In this document: in pieces, positions 39,929-53,255 of the stretch | Layout: each line of letters opens with the position of its first letter | How positions within the stretch are numbered: the stretch's first letter is position 1 | NCBI GenBank assembly: GCA_964016885.1 | Contig: OZ024756.1 | Location: forward strand, 41,726,001 to 41,790,000 | DNA from: Eledone cirrhosa | Taxonomy: Eukaryota | Direction: 5' to 3' | DNA length: 64,000 bases | Notes under the pieces: model-generated | The model's database searches: none | What the model was told of the DNA's origin: nothing | What the model saw: only the letters and a program-made list of their open reading frames with translations | Made by a program: the position numbers and the translations under genes

Positions 39929-40109
39929 TCTGTTAGGTGAAACACATATCCTCGAAGATGGTTGTGGAACTAACTTTATATATATATATATATATTCTAA
40001 TTTTTTATTTTTGCTGGACCGGCAACCGCTCTGTATAATCAGTTACTGGTTATTACTGGAATTCTATAAGAATCAAACATTTCTAATTTTCAACAAACAA
40101 GGGGAGTGT

Positions 40110-40157
40110 TAGGCTTTGACGAATACCAACAGTATGAGACAGAAATCTGTCAGCTTA
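40110..40157 (+). ncRNA. Degenerate hammerhead (core TTGACGA...GAGA) closed by an extended stem (40087-40178)
   Basis: taggct-TTGACGA-atac-caaca-gtat-GAGA-caga-aa-tctg-TC-agctta; outer stem ttttcaacaaacaaggggag/ctccctttgtttgttgaaaa. Confidence 0.55.
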
Positions 40158-40329
40158 TCTCCCTTTGTTTGTTGAAAAAAGAAGTAAGTGACATAGTCAC
40201 TACTTAAAAACAATAGCGTAAGGTCTTCAAAATGTTATTAATTAAGCATACAGTGTATTGCAAAATATATTATATATACATTCATATATACATCGCTATT
40301 TCAGAGCACCAATTCTAATATACACATAT

Positions 40330-40405
<76 letters not shown>

Positions 40406-40413
40406 CATACATA

Positions 40414-40460
40414 TGCTCTGATGAAATCAGACATAAGTCTGGAAGAAACGATCGTTAGCA
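40414..40460 (+). ncRNA. Minimal type I hammerhead ribozyme
   Basis: tgct-CTGATGA-aat-cagac-ataa-gtctg-gaa-GAAA-c-gatc-g-TT-agca; the base of stem II is unpaired. Confidence 0.65.
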
Positions 40461-40643
40461 ATTAAATACATTAAAGAAAAATTTGATTGTTATCTATGTT
40501 GTCTTTCTGCTCTGTAATATATCTGATATTTTACATTGAGCTAATTTTCTTACTGGCAATTGAGTAATACACAATATTACCCTTATCTTATTTATAATTT
40601 ATATATATATTATATATATGAGTATAAATATTATTATTATTAT

Positions 40644-40685
<42 letters not shown>

Positions 40686-40732
40686 AAGAGTGAAGAATAA
40701 CATGGTCAGCTGTACAAAAAGGGTTTTATTTA

Positions 40733-40847
40733 CAGTATTAACAATTGTTTCATTGATCAGGTGAGTCTAAAGGTTGCTAATCACTCGAAGTTGCATCACT
40801 CGACCTTAAATACAGTGTGTGTCTCTAATCAAATCATCGGAATACTG
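40733..40847 (-). ncRNA. Hammerhead variant (core CCGATGA), same family as 22304
   Basis: Minus strand: cagtatt-CCGATGA-tttgattag...ctgatcaat-GAAA-c-aatt-g-TT-aatactg. Confidence 0.6.
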
Positions 40848-40862
40848 CATATATATATATAT

Positions 40863-41231
40863 ATAAATTAATAAAATAATGAATAAACAAAGAAACAGTT
40901 CCTTATATTAAAAAAATTCATCATTTTTTACGATCGTTTCTAGGATATATATGTGTTAGAGTTGGTATGCATATTCTATAGATCTATAGAATATGCATAC
41001 CAACTCTAACACATATATCCTAGAAACGATCGTAAAAGATGATGAATTTTTTTAATATAAGGAACTGTTTCTTTGTTTATTCATTATTTTATTAATTTAT
41101 CTTGACTCTGTTTTCCGTTTATTTTTCACCGAAAGTAGTTTTTGAATGCATCTTCTCTTTTCATGATATCCGGATTACATTGAGTTCTTCATACGGATTG
41201 GACACTACCGTAAACTTTTGGTAGACTTATC

Positions 41232-41234
<3 letters not shown>
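40863..41234. mobile_element. Zero-spacer fold-back (~120-bp arms, centre 40982/40983) plus a ~134-bp tail; same family as 50454-50994
   Basis: Centre ctataga|tctatag; contains only the 3' half of the hammerhead (GAAAcgatcGTA). Confidence 0.85.
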
Positions 41235-41289
<55 letters not shown>

Positions 41290-42238
41290 GTTTTATCAAA
41301 AGCCTTATTTCGAGAAAATCAAAATTTGAAATGCGACCCAATAGGAGGAAGCTGATATAATCTTTTCTTTGAGCCAAACTACTTTGATGTATATTTTATG
41401 TGTCAGCTTCAGAAGAAATAATTACACAAATGTTGTAAAAGTGTTTCTTTTATTCAAAGGTCAACTCCAAATAGGATAAACTCCTCTTCTGCCAGAAACA
41501 ATATATACCAGTGTAGATAGAGAGTTAGTTCATGAACTGTCTATCTACACTCGACTATACCACTGCTTGGCCAATATATTCATCTACTTTTAATAATTTC
41601 TAGTCTCTAACTTGTGTAGGACTCATCACATTTCCTGCTAGTTAATTTATCAGGCATATGACTTAGTGGTTAAAGAATTGGATTCACAATAACAAAGTTG
41701 TGAGTTCGATTCCCAGCTGGAGCAATGCAGTATATTGAGTCGTTTATTGACGTCAACTTGACTGCAGGTGGATAGAACATTGGATAGAATGCTTTATGGT
41801 ATTCCAGCTCGCTGCTCTCTGAGTTCAAATCACACCGAGGTCAATTATGGTCGTCATCCTTTCAAAGTCAATAAAAAAAAAATACCAGTCTAATACTGGG
41901 GTGGATTCTTCCTCTCTCTGGAATAAATCTGCTGTACTCATGCCTGGACAGAGATGGGCTCTGCGAGGCTTAAAATGCCCAAGAAATGCCGTATGTCACT
42001 ACGGTGCCTCTACAACTATATCAGGAGTTACGAGACAATACATACAACTTGACTGTACTGAATAGCTGTAATAATAACTTTTTAAAGTCTAGATAACTGA
42101 GAAATCAGTTATCTAGACTTTAACAATTTGTTGAAAGATTGTCAATTGTAAACATTTCATGACTAATTCACATGGAAAGTTTTTACATTATGAGATAAGG
42201 CAGCCTTGATAATTTAAAACACTTCTCTACTGAATAGT

Positions 42239-42298
<60 letters not shown>

Positions 42299-42315
42299 GT
42301 AGTAGGGTGCTTATG

Positions 42316-42363
<48 letters not shown>

Positions 42364-42379
42364 TAGTAGGGTGCTTATG

Positions 42380-42413
<34 letters not shown>

Positions 42414-42819
42414 TAGTAGGGTGCTTATGATGTGTGTGTTTGTGTGTGTGTTTGTGTGTGTGTTTGTGGCAGTAGGTGCTTGTGATGTGTGTGTGTGTAT
42501 ATGGCAGTAGGGTGTTTGTGTGTGTGTGTGTGTGTATTTCGAATTTTTTCATATTTGGTTGGTAAAACTGTATTTTTTTTTTTTTTGTATTATTTAATGT
42601 CTCTGAAGTACTCAATACAGAGGAATTAAGTGTTACTTCCTTCTGTATTTTTTTTTACATGCATAAATCAATTAGATAAACCTTGGTTATGTATTTATTT
42701 ATTTTGTATATATACAGTATATGTTAAATATTTATATATGTGTATGTATATATATATATATGCATATACATATGCATGTATATATTTTTCCTATGTCTTT
42801 CTCTCCCCTTTCTCTATAG

Positions 42820-43095
42820 GTCTATTCATCGGTCTATGTTTCTTCACTGCAAATGTTGTCGTGGGGCTCTACTTCAGCAAGAGACAAGCATTGGCAGTAA
42901 GTCTTGCTACAACAGGAAACGGTGCAGGTGTGTTTGTTGTGAATTATATCATCGACAACCTCCTCAACTTTTATGGACTGAGGGGAACTTTACTCATTTT
43001 GTCCAGTTTGGTACTTAACATGGCCGTAGCGGGAGCTCTGTGCCGACCCCTAAAATACAAACTTGTCGAGAACACTGATAATGATATGCCTCTCA
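42820..43095 (+). CDS. SLC16 family protein, coding exon 3
   Basis: GLFIGLCF...YFSKRQALAVSLATTGNGAG...YGLRGTLLILSSLVLNMAVAGALCRP; 276 nt, tag| and |gtaagt. Confidence 0.93.
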
Positions 43096-43111
43096 GTAAG
43101 TTGATACATAC

Positions 43112-43142
<31 letters not shown>

Positions 43143-43205
43143 CTTCTTCTTCTTCTTCTTCTTCTTCTTCTTCTTCTTCTGTTGCCAATGTTGTTGTTGT
43201 TTCAG

Positions 43206-43318
43206 ATGAGATAAGCAGCTGTCAACAACTAAACACCCCAGTAATAGACAAGACAACAGAAACTATCAAGAAGACAACCTCAGAAAACAACATTGATGAG
43301 ACCCATATTTCCCTGATG
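43206..43318 (+). CDS. SLC16 family protein, coding exon 4 (central cytoplasmic loop)
   Basis: tttcag| then NEISSCQQLNTP...ETHISLM |gtaaat; 113 nt, which supplies the required phase 1 to phase 0 change. Confidence 0.8.
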
Positions 43319-43609
43319 GTAAATTTATAGTTCTGATAACCTCAAATAAAGTCCTGAGTTGTGTGGTTTATATACAGGACTACCTGATATATAACACATA
43401 TACAAACACATGTGCACCGACACAGACATAGGCCTATGTCATGCTGGTTATATACCGAGGCCAGATGTGAAATATAGGCTTCCCAGATCTGTTTAATGGC
43501 TCAGGCCAGATATGAAATATAAGATTCCCAGAGCTGTTTAAAGCCTTCTTTAGCCATAGAAACCATACCAGAATGAAATGTATGAATAAGACAACACAGC
43601 CATTTGATT

Positions 43610-43910
43610 TTACAGGGTGGACTGGGTGCTTTTGTAATGACACCAGTACTACCAGTTTACAGGGTGGACTGGGTGCTTTTGTAATGACACCAGCACTACC
43701 AGTTTACAGGGTGGGCTGGTTGCTTTTGTTATGACACCAGCACTACCAGTTTACAGGGTGGGCTGGGTGCTTTTGTTATGACACCAGCACTACCAGTTTA
43801 CAGGGTGGGCTGGTTGCTTTTGTTATGACACCAGCACTACCAGTTTACAGGGTGGACTGGGTGCTTTTGTTATGACACCAGCACTACCAGTTTACAGGGT
43901 GGGCTGGGTT
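43610..43910. repeat. 47-bp minisatellite (~6.5 units) resembling the RTE 3' UTR motif ttacagtgtggactgggtgctttt
   Basis: Period measured 43611 to 43658. Confidence 0.85.
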
Positions 43911-44063
43911 CTTGTTGCAATTGTGAGGTTGTGAGTTTGATTCCCAAATTGGGTGATGTGTTATGTCTTTTATAACACTTTACTTCATGTTGCTCTTTCT
44001 GCCAAAATACTCACTTCTGTTTTTCTCTCTCTTTTTCTTTGTGGTTCTACTCCAATTCTTCAG

Positions 44064-44220
44064 ACAGTGAACACAACATCTCAGGATAAAGATAACCAAA
44101 CTACTGACAAAAAGTCTTGCTTCCATTCCGTTATTCACAAATTATCCATATTCTTTGATTACCAAATACTGAAGAATGCCAACACCATTTTCATGATCAT
44201 GATTTATTTTCTATGGTCAG
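44064..44220 (+). CDS. SLC16 family protein, coding exon 5
   Basis: TVNTTSQD...FFDYQILKNANTIFMIMIYFLWS; cag| and |gtgagg; 157 nt. Confidence 0.88.
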
Positions 44221-44607
44221 GTGAGGATACATTTTATTTCTTTTTTGTGTGTGTTATGGTTAGTTTGTGGGGCTAATCCTGATGACACCCACAATTCTTC
44301 ACTCTCTCTTCATCTACTTCTCTCTCTGTCTGTCTGATGGTTGATCAATGAATGTTTAACCCTTTAGCATTTACATTACTCTATATATAAACTATTGTAT
44401 TTTCACAGTAAACATTTTATCTCACATAATATCAAATCTACCTTAATGTCTGTATGACCAGCCGGTTATGGCCGGTTTGAACAGAAAAGGGTGACAGAAT
44501 TCTGGCCAGATATCTTGACTCTTTTCCTATTACCCACTCTACTACCCTGAGTATCGAGTACTCTGGTGCGTTATGGTCCACTTGGTTCCTTACCACACTT
44601 TCTTTGT

Positions 44608-44651
<44 letters not shown>

Positions 44652-44723
44652 GTACAACCTTAAACATTTACTAGAACAATGAAAACACTTTCCAATCTTT
44701 ATATCTTTTCACCTTTGTTACAG

Positions 44724-44984
44724 TAAACTTTGTCGTCTATGTCTACTTGCCACTGTATGCCAAGACCTTAAATCTTGATGGCACCATGTTGATCTCAATC
44801 AGTGGAATGGGATTCACAGCTGGACAATTCCTGCTGGGAATCTTCATAGACTTTTTCCACATCAAGAGTGATTATATGATGACCACCTCAATGCTGATTA
44901 TGGGAAGTTGTAGCATTGCTATTCCACTGGTTACAGATTTTTATCCTTTGGCAGCCATTTTACTCATCTGGTCTATAGCTGGAG
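44724..44984 (+). CDS. SLC16 family protein, coding exon 6
   Basis: [16 protein letters not shown]...[17 protein letters not shown]...IWSIAG; 261 nt, |gtaaga. Confidence 0.92.
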
Positions 44985-45152
44985 GTAAGAAAGATTTAGT
45001 AGTCTTCTTCTTCTTCTTCTTCTTCTTCTTCTATCATATATCTGTATGTGTCTCCATCTCTCTTACCATCCCATTCTCTCTATCTGTAATGCCTTCATAT
45101 ACACCTCTAATATATATATATATACATATATATATGTATATATACGTATATA

Positions 45153-45212
<60 letters not shown>

Positions 45213-45213
45213 C

Positions 45214-45277
<64 letters not shown>

Positions 45278-45356
45278 TATCCCGATGTCTTCCAAAAGTA
45301 ACGGTTGCATTTTGTAAGGGTATGTCAATATTTATTTATAAAACTGGTATATATTG

Positions 45357-45421
45357 TATTTTGTCTGATGAAAGCATACCATAGTTTAACATGGTATCCT
45401 TGAAATATGTATAATAAAATA
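45357..45421 (+). ncRNA. Minimal type I hammerhead ribozyme
   Basis: tattttgt-CTGATGA-aagcataccat-agtttaac-atggtatcctt-GAAA-t-atgt-a-TA-ataaaata. Confidence 0.78.
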
Positions 45422-45459
45422 GATATGGTTATATAAATATAGTTTCCATTTGTTAATAT

Positions 45460-45503
<44 letters not shown>

Positions 45504-45612
45504 TATATACATATATATATATATATATTCATATATATACATATATATATATACATATATATATATACATATATATATATGTACATATATATATACTTAC
45601 ATATATATGTAC

Positions 45613-45645
<33 letters not shown>

Positions 45646-45660
45646 CATATATATATACAT

Positions 45661-48597
45661 CATCATCATCCTCATCATCATCGTTTAACGTCCGTGTTCC
45701 ACGCTTGCATGGGTTTGGACGGGAGTTTTCCCACTTGAGGCAAGAGTGGTTGTCTTGCTCGCATAGGACTGTCTGGCGGGTTTTCTACAGTTGGATGCCC
45801 TTCCTAACACCAACCACATTTACAGTGTGGTCTGGGAGGTTTTTACCGTGTTGCCTACACGGTCACATTACAGCGTGGACTGTGTGTTTTTTTTGTCGTG
45901 ACACCTACACAATCTCATTTGTTTCGGGCTGGATGTTGTGGGACCAACATAACTTTACATTGAAAGGGGCGGTGTGGATGGGGTGGGGGTGGTGGGACGG
46001 GGGTGTATTTTGTTAGAGATGCCTACTGACTGTAGTAGGTTTTACTTTGTATTTAGGTAAGGCGGGTCTTCTCTATTACTGAGTACCGCCAAAGGTCTCG
46101 GTCCAGTGACATTGTCTTGGAGAGGTGTAAGTGTGTGAGGTCGGAATTTATCAGCTCGTCCCAGGTTTTTCTGGGTCTGCCTACTCCGTGGCTACCGTCT
46201 ATCTTTATTGCCCTGCACTTTGCTATACAGCTGTCGTCTTTCATGCGCATCACGTGACCATACCAACGTAGCCTTCTCTCGAGTAAACATCTGATCCCTC
46301 TTATTTCTAATTTTTTCCTTAGTTCGTTTATGCTTTGCCGTTCGCGTATATTACTATTACACATCCAGCGGAGCATGCAAGCTTCGTTCCTCTCTAGTCT
46401 GCGTATATCCTCTGCACACAATGCCCAGGTCTCACTGCCATGCAACATTGTTGTTCGTATGCAGGCATCATACAACCTGCCTTTCATTTTTAGGGAGAAC
46501 CCTTTAGCGGCTAATAGTGGTATAAGCTCTCTGAACTTTTTCCATCCAGTTCTGACTCTAGCTACTGTACTTTCGGAGCACCCTCCCCCACTGCTGATTT
46601 TGTCACCCAGGTAACCCTCTGCGCAGTTGAAAGAGCTAATATTTTGTGGGCACTTGCTGCTACTTATTGCACCAGAGCACCGGCCACATGTAAAATCTGT
46701 GTTCTTAGTTAGCTTACCTGTGATCCCACTACATCTTTTATGCACCCATACTTTGCATTGGGGACATAAAATGGAGTTTCTACCTACGCCTTTCCTACAC
46801 ACTGAGCATGGCCATTTCCCGGAAGGGACCGGCGCCGTATTTTCTTTCCTACAAACAAGAACTTTAGTCTTAGCCAGGTTAATTTTAAGGCCTTTTGATT
46901 CTAGGCCGTGCTTCCATGTTTGGAATTTCTTCTCTAGCTCGGCCATTGATTCAGCTATGAGCATTAGGTCATCTGCTTATAGGAGTTCCCATGGGCAGCC
47001 GGTCTTGAACTCCTCTGTTATAGCCTGAAGAGCAATAATGAATAGTAGGGGGCTAAGAACAGAGCCCTGATGGACACCAACTTTTACGCTAAACTCTTCA
47101 CTATATTCGTTGTTAATTCTAACCTTGCTCACTGTTTCTTTATACATGGCTTGTATAGCTCTCACAAGCCATTCGTCAACACCTAGTTTTCTAAGGGCCC
47201 ACCAGATAATGGAACGGGGGACTCTGTCGAAGGCTTTCTCCAAGTCGACAAAGGCTAAGTATAGGGGTTTACTTTTAGCTAGGTACTTCTCCTGTAGTTG
47301 TCGTACAATGAAAAGAGCGTCTGTGGTACTTTTGCCTGACACAAACCCGAACTGCATTTCATCTAAATCGATTCTCTCTCTGATTAGTTGCACTATTACT
47401 TTTTCCATGACCTTCATGACCTGGTCGATTAATTTAATCCCTCTTACCCTTGTAACAGTTAATGGTGATGCTGCTACGCCAGTCCTTCGGAACAACCCCA
47501 TTCAGTATGACTTGGTTTACTATCCGGGTGACCATGGTGTGTCCCACCGTTCCAGAGGCCTTCAGCATCTCAGCAACTATTTCCAAAGGCCCAGCCGCCT
47601 TACCCGTCTTCATATCTTTGATTGCCTTACTTATACTACCTTCAACTAACACTGCTGGTCCCTCTATTGGATTGATCTGGGGGAGACTATCCTTCTCCCA
47701 TTTATTCTCCTCATTTAGTAGCCTCTCGTAGTGACACTTCCAAGCGACCTTCTTATCAGCGTCAGTGATGGCGAGTACGCCATCATCATTTAGTACACAC
47801 TTCTCCCCAACAATATCACGGTTTTCCTTGACACATTGCCTAGCAATCCTGAACACCTCACGTTTTTGGTTGGTCCTCGCGTTGTAGAACATGCTTGAAC
47901 TTTCTTTCCTCTGCTTCCCTTCTTGCAAAGTACACTTGTCTCCTAGCTTCCCTCCTGGCCACTTGATAGTCTTCTCTACTTCTCCCATCCCGCCATATTT
48001 TCCAAGCCTGCTTTTTGGCCTTAATCGACTCCTCCACCTTACTGTTCCACCACCATGTTACTCTCCTCCTGCCTATAGGCCTGCTCCTGCCACAGACTTC
48101 GTCTGCCCCCATCAGCAGGTTTGCTTTCAGGAATTCCCACTGTCCCTCTATATTGTCTGACTCTAAATGCTCTTCCTTACTGTCGAAAGCATCAAGTAAT
48201 ATGCTTTGAAATTTATTTCTGGCTGTGGGGTCCTTTAGCTTCTATATTTTTCTCTTGAGGATAGTCCTCTTCTGCTGTCGAGTACGTCTCGTCCTGACTA
48301 TGAGGTCGCTAATTATCAGTCTATGTTGGGAGGTGCATTCTTCATGGGGGAGGGATTTAGTGTTTACAACAGTCACTCTGTCACGTCTTCTGGTAAGGAT
48401 ATAATCTACCTGGCTGGTATGTTCCACTGATCTGTAGGTGATCAAGTGATTGTCTCATTTTTTGAAGTTAGTGTTACAGATTGTTAGGTTATTTGCGTCA
48501 CAGAATTCCAGGATTCTGGAACCTTCCTCATTTCTAGTACCAAACCCATAGCCTCCATGGATTTCATCATAGCCGTCACAATGTTGTCCAACGTGAC
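45661..48597 (-). mobile_element. RTE LINE, ~2.9 kb, 5'-truncated within the APE domain, frameshifted
   Basis: HVG...[30 protein letters not shown] (APE); QFGF..GKSTTDA, FVDLEKAFDRV, GVHQGSVLSP (RT); (TGA)n tail; several stops and frameshifts. Confidence 0.93.
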
Positions 48598-48821
48598 ATA
48601 TATATATATACATATATATATACATATATATATATATATTCATATATATATATACATATATATATATATATTCATATATATATATACATATATATATATA
48701 CATATATATATATATACATATATATACATATATTCATATATATATATATACATATATATACATATATATATACATATATATATATACATATATATATATG
48801 TACATATATATATATATACAT

Positions 48822-48868
48822 ATTCCTGATGATTTCTAAAGAATGAAACAGTTCTAGTCCTGTAGAAT
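48822..48868 (+). ncRNA. Type I hammerhead ribozyme forming almost the whole of a ~55-bp island in (TA)n
   Basis: attc-CTGATGA-tttc-taaa-gaat-GAAA-cag-ttctagtc-ctg-TA-gaat; matches the copy at 61435-61485. Confidence 0.78.
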
Positions 48869-48874
48869 CTCATC

Positions 48875-48920
<46 letters not shown>

Positions 48921-49000
48921 TATATGTACATATATATGCATATATATATGCATATATATATATATATGTATATATATGCATATATATATATATATGTATA

Positions 49001-49067
<67 letters not shown>

Positions 49068-49249
49068 GCATATATATACATATATATATATATATGCATA
49101 TATATATATATATGCATATATATATGCATATATATGTACATGTATATATACATATATATATATATATGCATATATATGTACATATATATATATACATATA
49201 TATATATATATGCATATATATATGCATATATATATACATATATATATAC

Positions 49250-49280
<31 letters not shown>

Positions 49281-49431
49281 CATGCATATATATATATACA
49301 TGCATATATATATATACATACATATATATATATACATACATATATATATACATACATATATACATACATATATATATACATACATATATACATACATATA
49401 TATACATATATATATACATACATATATATAC

Positions 49432-49468
<37 letters not shown>

Positions 49469-49574
49469 CATATATATACATACATATATATATATATACG
49501 CATACATATATATACATATATATACATACATATATATATATATACACATATATATATACATATGTATATATACA

Positions 49575-49606
<32 letters not shown>

Positions 49607-49621
49607 CATATGTATATATAC

Positions 49622-49668
<47 letters not shown>

Positions 49669-50059
49669 CATATATACATATATATATATACATATATATA
49701 TACATATATATACATATATATATACATATACATATATATACATATACATATATATACATATACATATATATACATATATATACATATATATATATACATA
49801 TATATATATACATATATATATATACATATATATACATATATATATACATATATATACATATATATATACATATACATATATATACATATATATATATACA
49901 TATATATACATATATATATACATATATATACATATATATATACATATATATATATATACATATATATACATATATATATAGACATATATAGACATATATA
50001 TATATATATATATACATATATATACATATATATATACATATATATACATATATATATAC

Positions 50060-50090
<31 letters not shown>

Positions 50091-50221
50091 CATATATATA
50101 CATATATATATACATATATACATATATATATATATATACATATATATACATATATATATACATATATACATATATATATATATACATATATATATACATA
50201 TATATATACATATATATATAC

Positions 50222-50258
<37 letters not shown>

Positions 50259-50259
50259 C

Positions 50260-50303
<44 letters not shown>

Positions 50304-50383
50304 ATATATATATATACATATATATATATATACATATATATATACATATATATATATACATATATATATACATATATATATAC

Positions 50384-50442
<59 letters not shown>

Positions 50443-50453
50443 CATATATATAT

Positions 50454-50992
50454 GTAGATAAATCTACCAAAAGTTTACGGTAGTGTCCAATCCGTATGAA
50501 GAACTCAATGTAATCCGGATATCATGAAAAGAAGAGATGCATTCAAAAATCACTTTCGGTGAAAGATAAACGGAATACAGAGTCAAGATAAAATATTAAA
50601 AAAATAATGAATAAAACAAAGAAACAGTTCTTTATATTAAACAAAAAAAGTTCATTATTTTACGATCGTTTCTAGGACATATATGTGTTAGAATTGGTAT
50701 GCATATTCAAAAGATCTATGTACAAAATTATACAAACTATCAAGGAGAATATACATACCATCACATATATATGCTGTCTTCAGAAATAAATATTATTTCT
50801 GAAGACAGCATATATATGTGATGGTATGTATATTCTCCTTGATAGTTTGTATAATTTTGTACATAGATCTTTTGAATATGCATACCAATTCTAACACATA
50901 TATGTCCTAGAAACGATCGTAAAATAATGAACTTTTTTTGTTTAATATAAAGAACTGTTTCTTTGTTTTATTCATTATTTTTTTAATATTTT

Positions 50993-50994
<2 letters not shown>
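50454..50994. mobile_element. Fold-back element: 202-bp arms (50588-50789 / 50793-50994), 3-nt spacer and 134-bp tail; each arm holds a full hammerhead
   Basis: + strand 50792-50928: attattt-CTGAAGA-cagcatatatatgtg...cacatatatgtccta-GAAA-c-gatc-g-TA-aaataat; mirrored at 50655-50789. Confidence 0.88.
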
Positions 50995-51029
<35 letters not shown>

Positions 51030-51180
51030 TACATATATATATATACATATATACATATATACATATATATATATACATATACATATATACATATATACAT
51101 ATATATATATACATATATACATATATATATATACATATATACATATATATATATATACATATATACATATATATATATAT

Positions 51181-51213
<33 letters not shown>

Positions 51214-51234
51214 TATATACATATATATATATAC

Positions 51235-51267
<33 letters not shown>

Positions 51268-51280
51268 CATATATATATAC

Positions 51281-51451
<171 letters not shown>

Positions 51452-51732
51452 TCTAAGGTGACACAACCTTATCAAGTGCTTTGCTGCACATTCCTAATTG
51501 TATATCGTTAGCTTGGCCACAGCCAAAACTTCGATTTCACTAAATACGGTACATAAATGTATATGTTTATATGTGTATCTGTGTGTGTCTTTGTGTGTGT
51601 ATGTGTCACCACAGCGCCACTATGACTCCATCAGGAGTTATGGGCCCTTCTATCACTGTCATGATAACAAATATAACATATTGTTATATATCTTGTATCT
51701 TATTTAACATATGACCATGTTCTCTTTGTCAG

Positions 51733-51858
51733 GATTCTGTGTTTCATTACGTGTGATATTCACCACATTGATAGTAGGAGTTGAAAATCTAGCAAGTGGT
51801 TACAGTTTATTAAGTTTATTCAACGGGATCGGTTACGTAATAGGACCACCACTATTTG
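51733..51858 (+). CDS. SLC16 family protein, coding exon 7
   Basis: GFCVSLRVIFTTLIVGVENLASGYSLLSLFNGIGYVIGPPLF; cag| and |gtaagt; 126 nt. Confidence 0.92.
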
Positions 51859-52291
51859 GTAAGTTGATTCTTTATATGGTTTAGTCTTTTATCATCATCA
51901 TCCTCATCGTCATCATTTAATGTCCATCTTCCATGCTAGCATGGGTTAGATGGTTTTGTTCCATTTGATGCAGGATTAGTCGGGAGACCATGTCTCGCTC
52001 GTATGGAGCTGTCTCTGGCAGGTTTTCTATGGCCGGATGCCAACCACATTTACAGTGTGTGCTAGGAGCCTTTTTAGTGTGTCTCCTGCATGACCACTTT
52101 ACAGTGTGGACCGGGAGCCTTTTAACCGTGTCTCCTACACGACCACTTTACAGTGTGAACTGTGTGCTTTTTGTTGTGTCACCGACACAAATGGGAGGAT
52201 GTTTATTATAATTTCTCAATATATCAATTTCTTTTATTGATTGATGTTAAATAATTTTTTTTTCTATTCCTTTTTTTTTGTACTCTCACAG

Positions 52292-52446
52292 GTTCGGTGT
52301 ACGATGCTACAGGTTACTTCGCAGATGTGTTCTATGGATGTGGAGTGGCCTTCTTGTTGGGTGGAGTGCTAGCTTTTATAGTAAATATACGACTTAAGAT
52401 GAATTATACCAATAAACAAGTCAAGAAAGAATTACCTAATAATTGA
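52292..52446 (+). CDS. SLC16 family protein, coding exon 8 (last)
   Basis: GSVYDATGYFADVFYGCGVAFLLGGVLAFIVNIRLKMNYTNKQVKKELPNN*; total CDS 1476 nt. Confidence 0.92.
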
Positions 52447-52661
52447 TACAAGCTTTGAGAAATTTCACTGGAGCTGAAGAATATAAATATTTCCTAAAAC
52501 TGAACAATGAGACTAACGACAGATTGTAATCAAGTTTCTTTATTTGAAATTTGAGTAAGAAACATTTAACAAGTAGAGTTAAGGAAGTTTAAATAGACAT
52601 TTCAGAATTATGTATATCAAGTTTAAAACACCCAATGAACATGAAACACTGTCTGATGGCA

Positions 52662-52765
52662 TCAACTCCTCCTAGCCAAGGATCAATTCCTCTTGACCAA
52701 GGATCAACTCCTCCTAGTCAAAGTTCAACTCCTCCTGACCAAGGATCAACTCCTCCTAGCCAAGG
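52662..52765. repeat. 21-bp tandem repeat (5 units) in the probable 3' UTR
   Basis: Unit tcaactcctcctagccaagga. Confidence 0.8.
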
Positions 52766-53255
52766 TTATTAACATCAAAGCTGAATGAATGTGAATCATC
52801 TACTTTAAGATGTAAATATACTTAGATAAAATCACTGTATATGTCATTTAACCCTTTCGTTACCATATTTCTAGTCAAAGACATTGCCTCTGATTCTCAA
52901 TTAATTTTGAAAGTAGTCAAGAATTTGAAGAGATTCAATAATGATATTACTAAGATTCTCTTTATCAAGCAACAGTCTGAGACATAACAAAACAAAAATT
53001 ATAATGGAAAGTTTTTAGATAAATACAATCACTTCAAAATAAGCAGTTTTGTACCATAGAACCAGTGGCAAAGGAGATTTGGTATGGAAATTGTTAAATC
53101 CCAAATAGAATAGCAAAAAGAAGACATTTAGTAACATAGTCACTACTTTAAAACCGATAGCAGATGGTCTTCTAAATGTTTTTAATTAAACATACAGTAC
53201 ATTGCCAAATATACTATACATATATTCATATATATATATATATATATGTGTGTAT

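Noticed and set aside
48854-50470. Long YI/IY/VC-rich ORFs (also at 21220, 24254, 26800, 35449, 58078 and 63588)
   Set aside because: They are translations of (TA)n/(CATA)n/(TG)n microsatellites that lack stops by composition.
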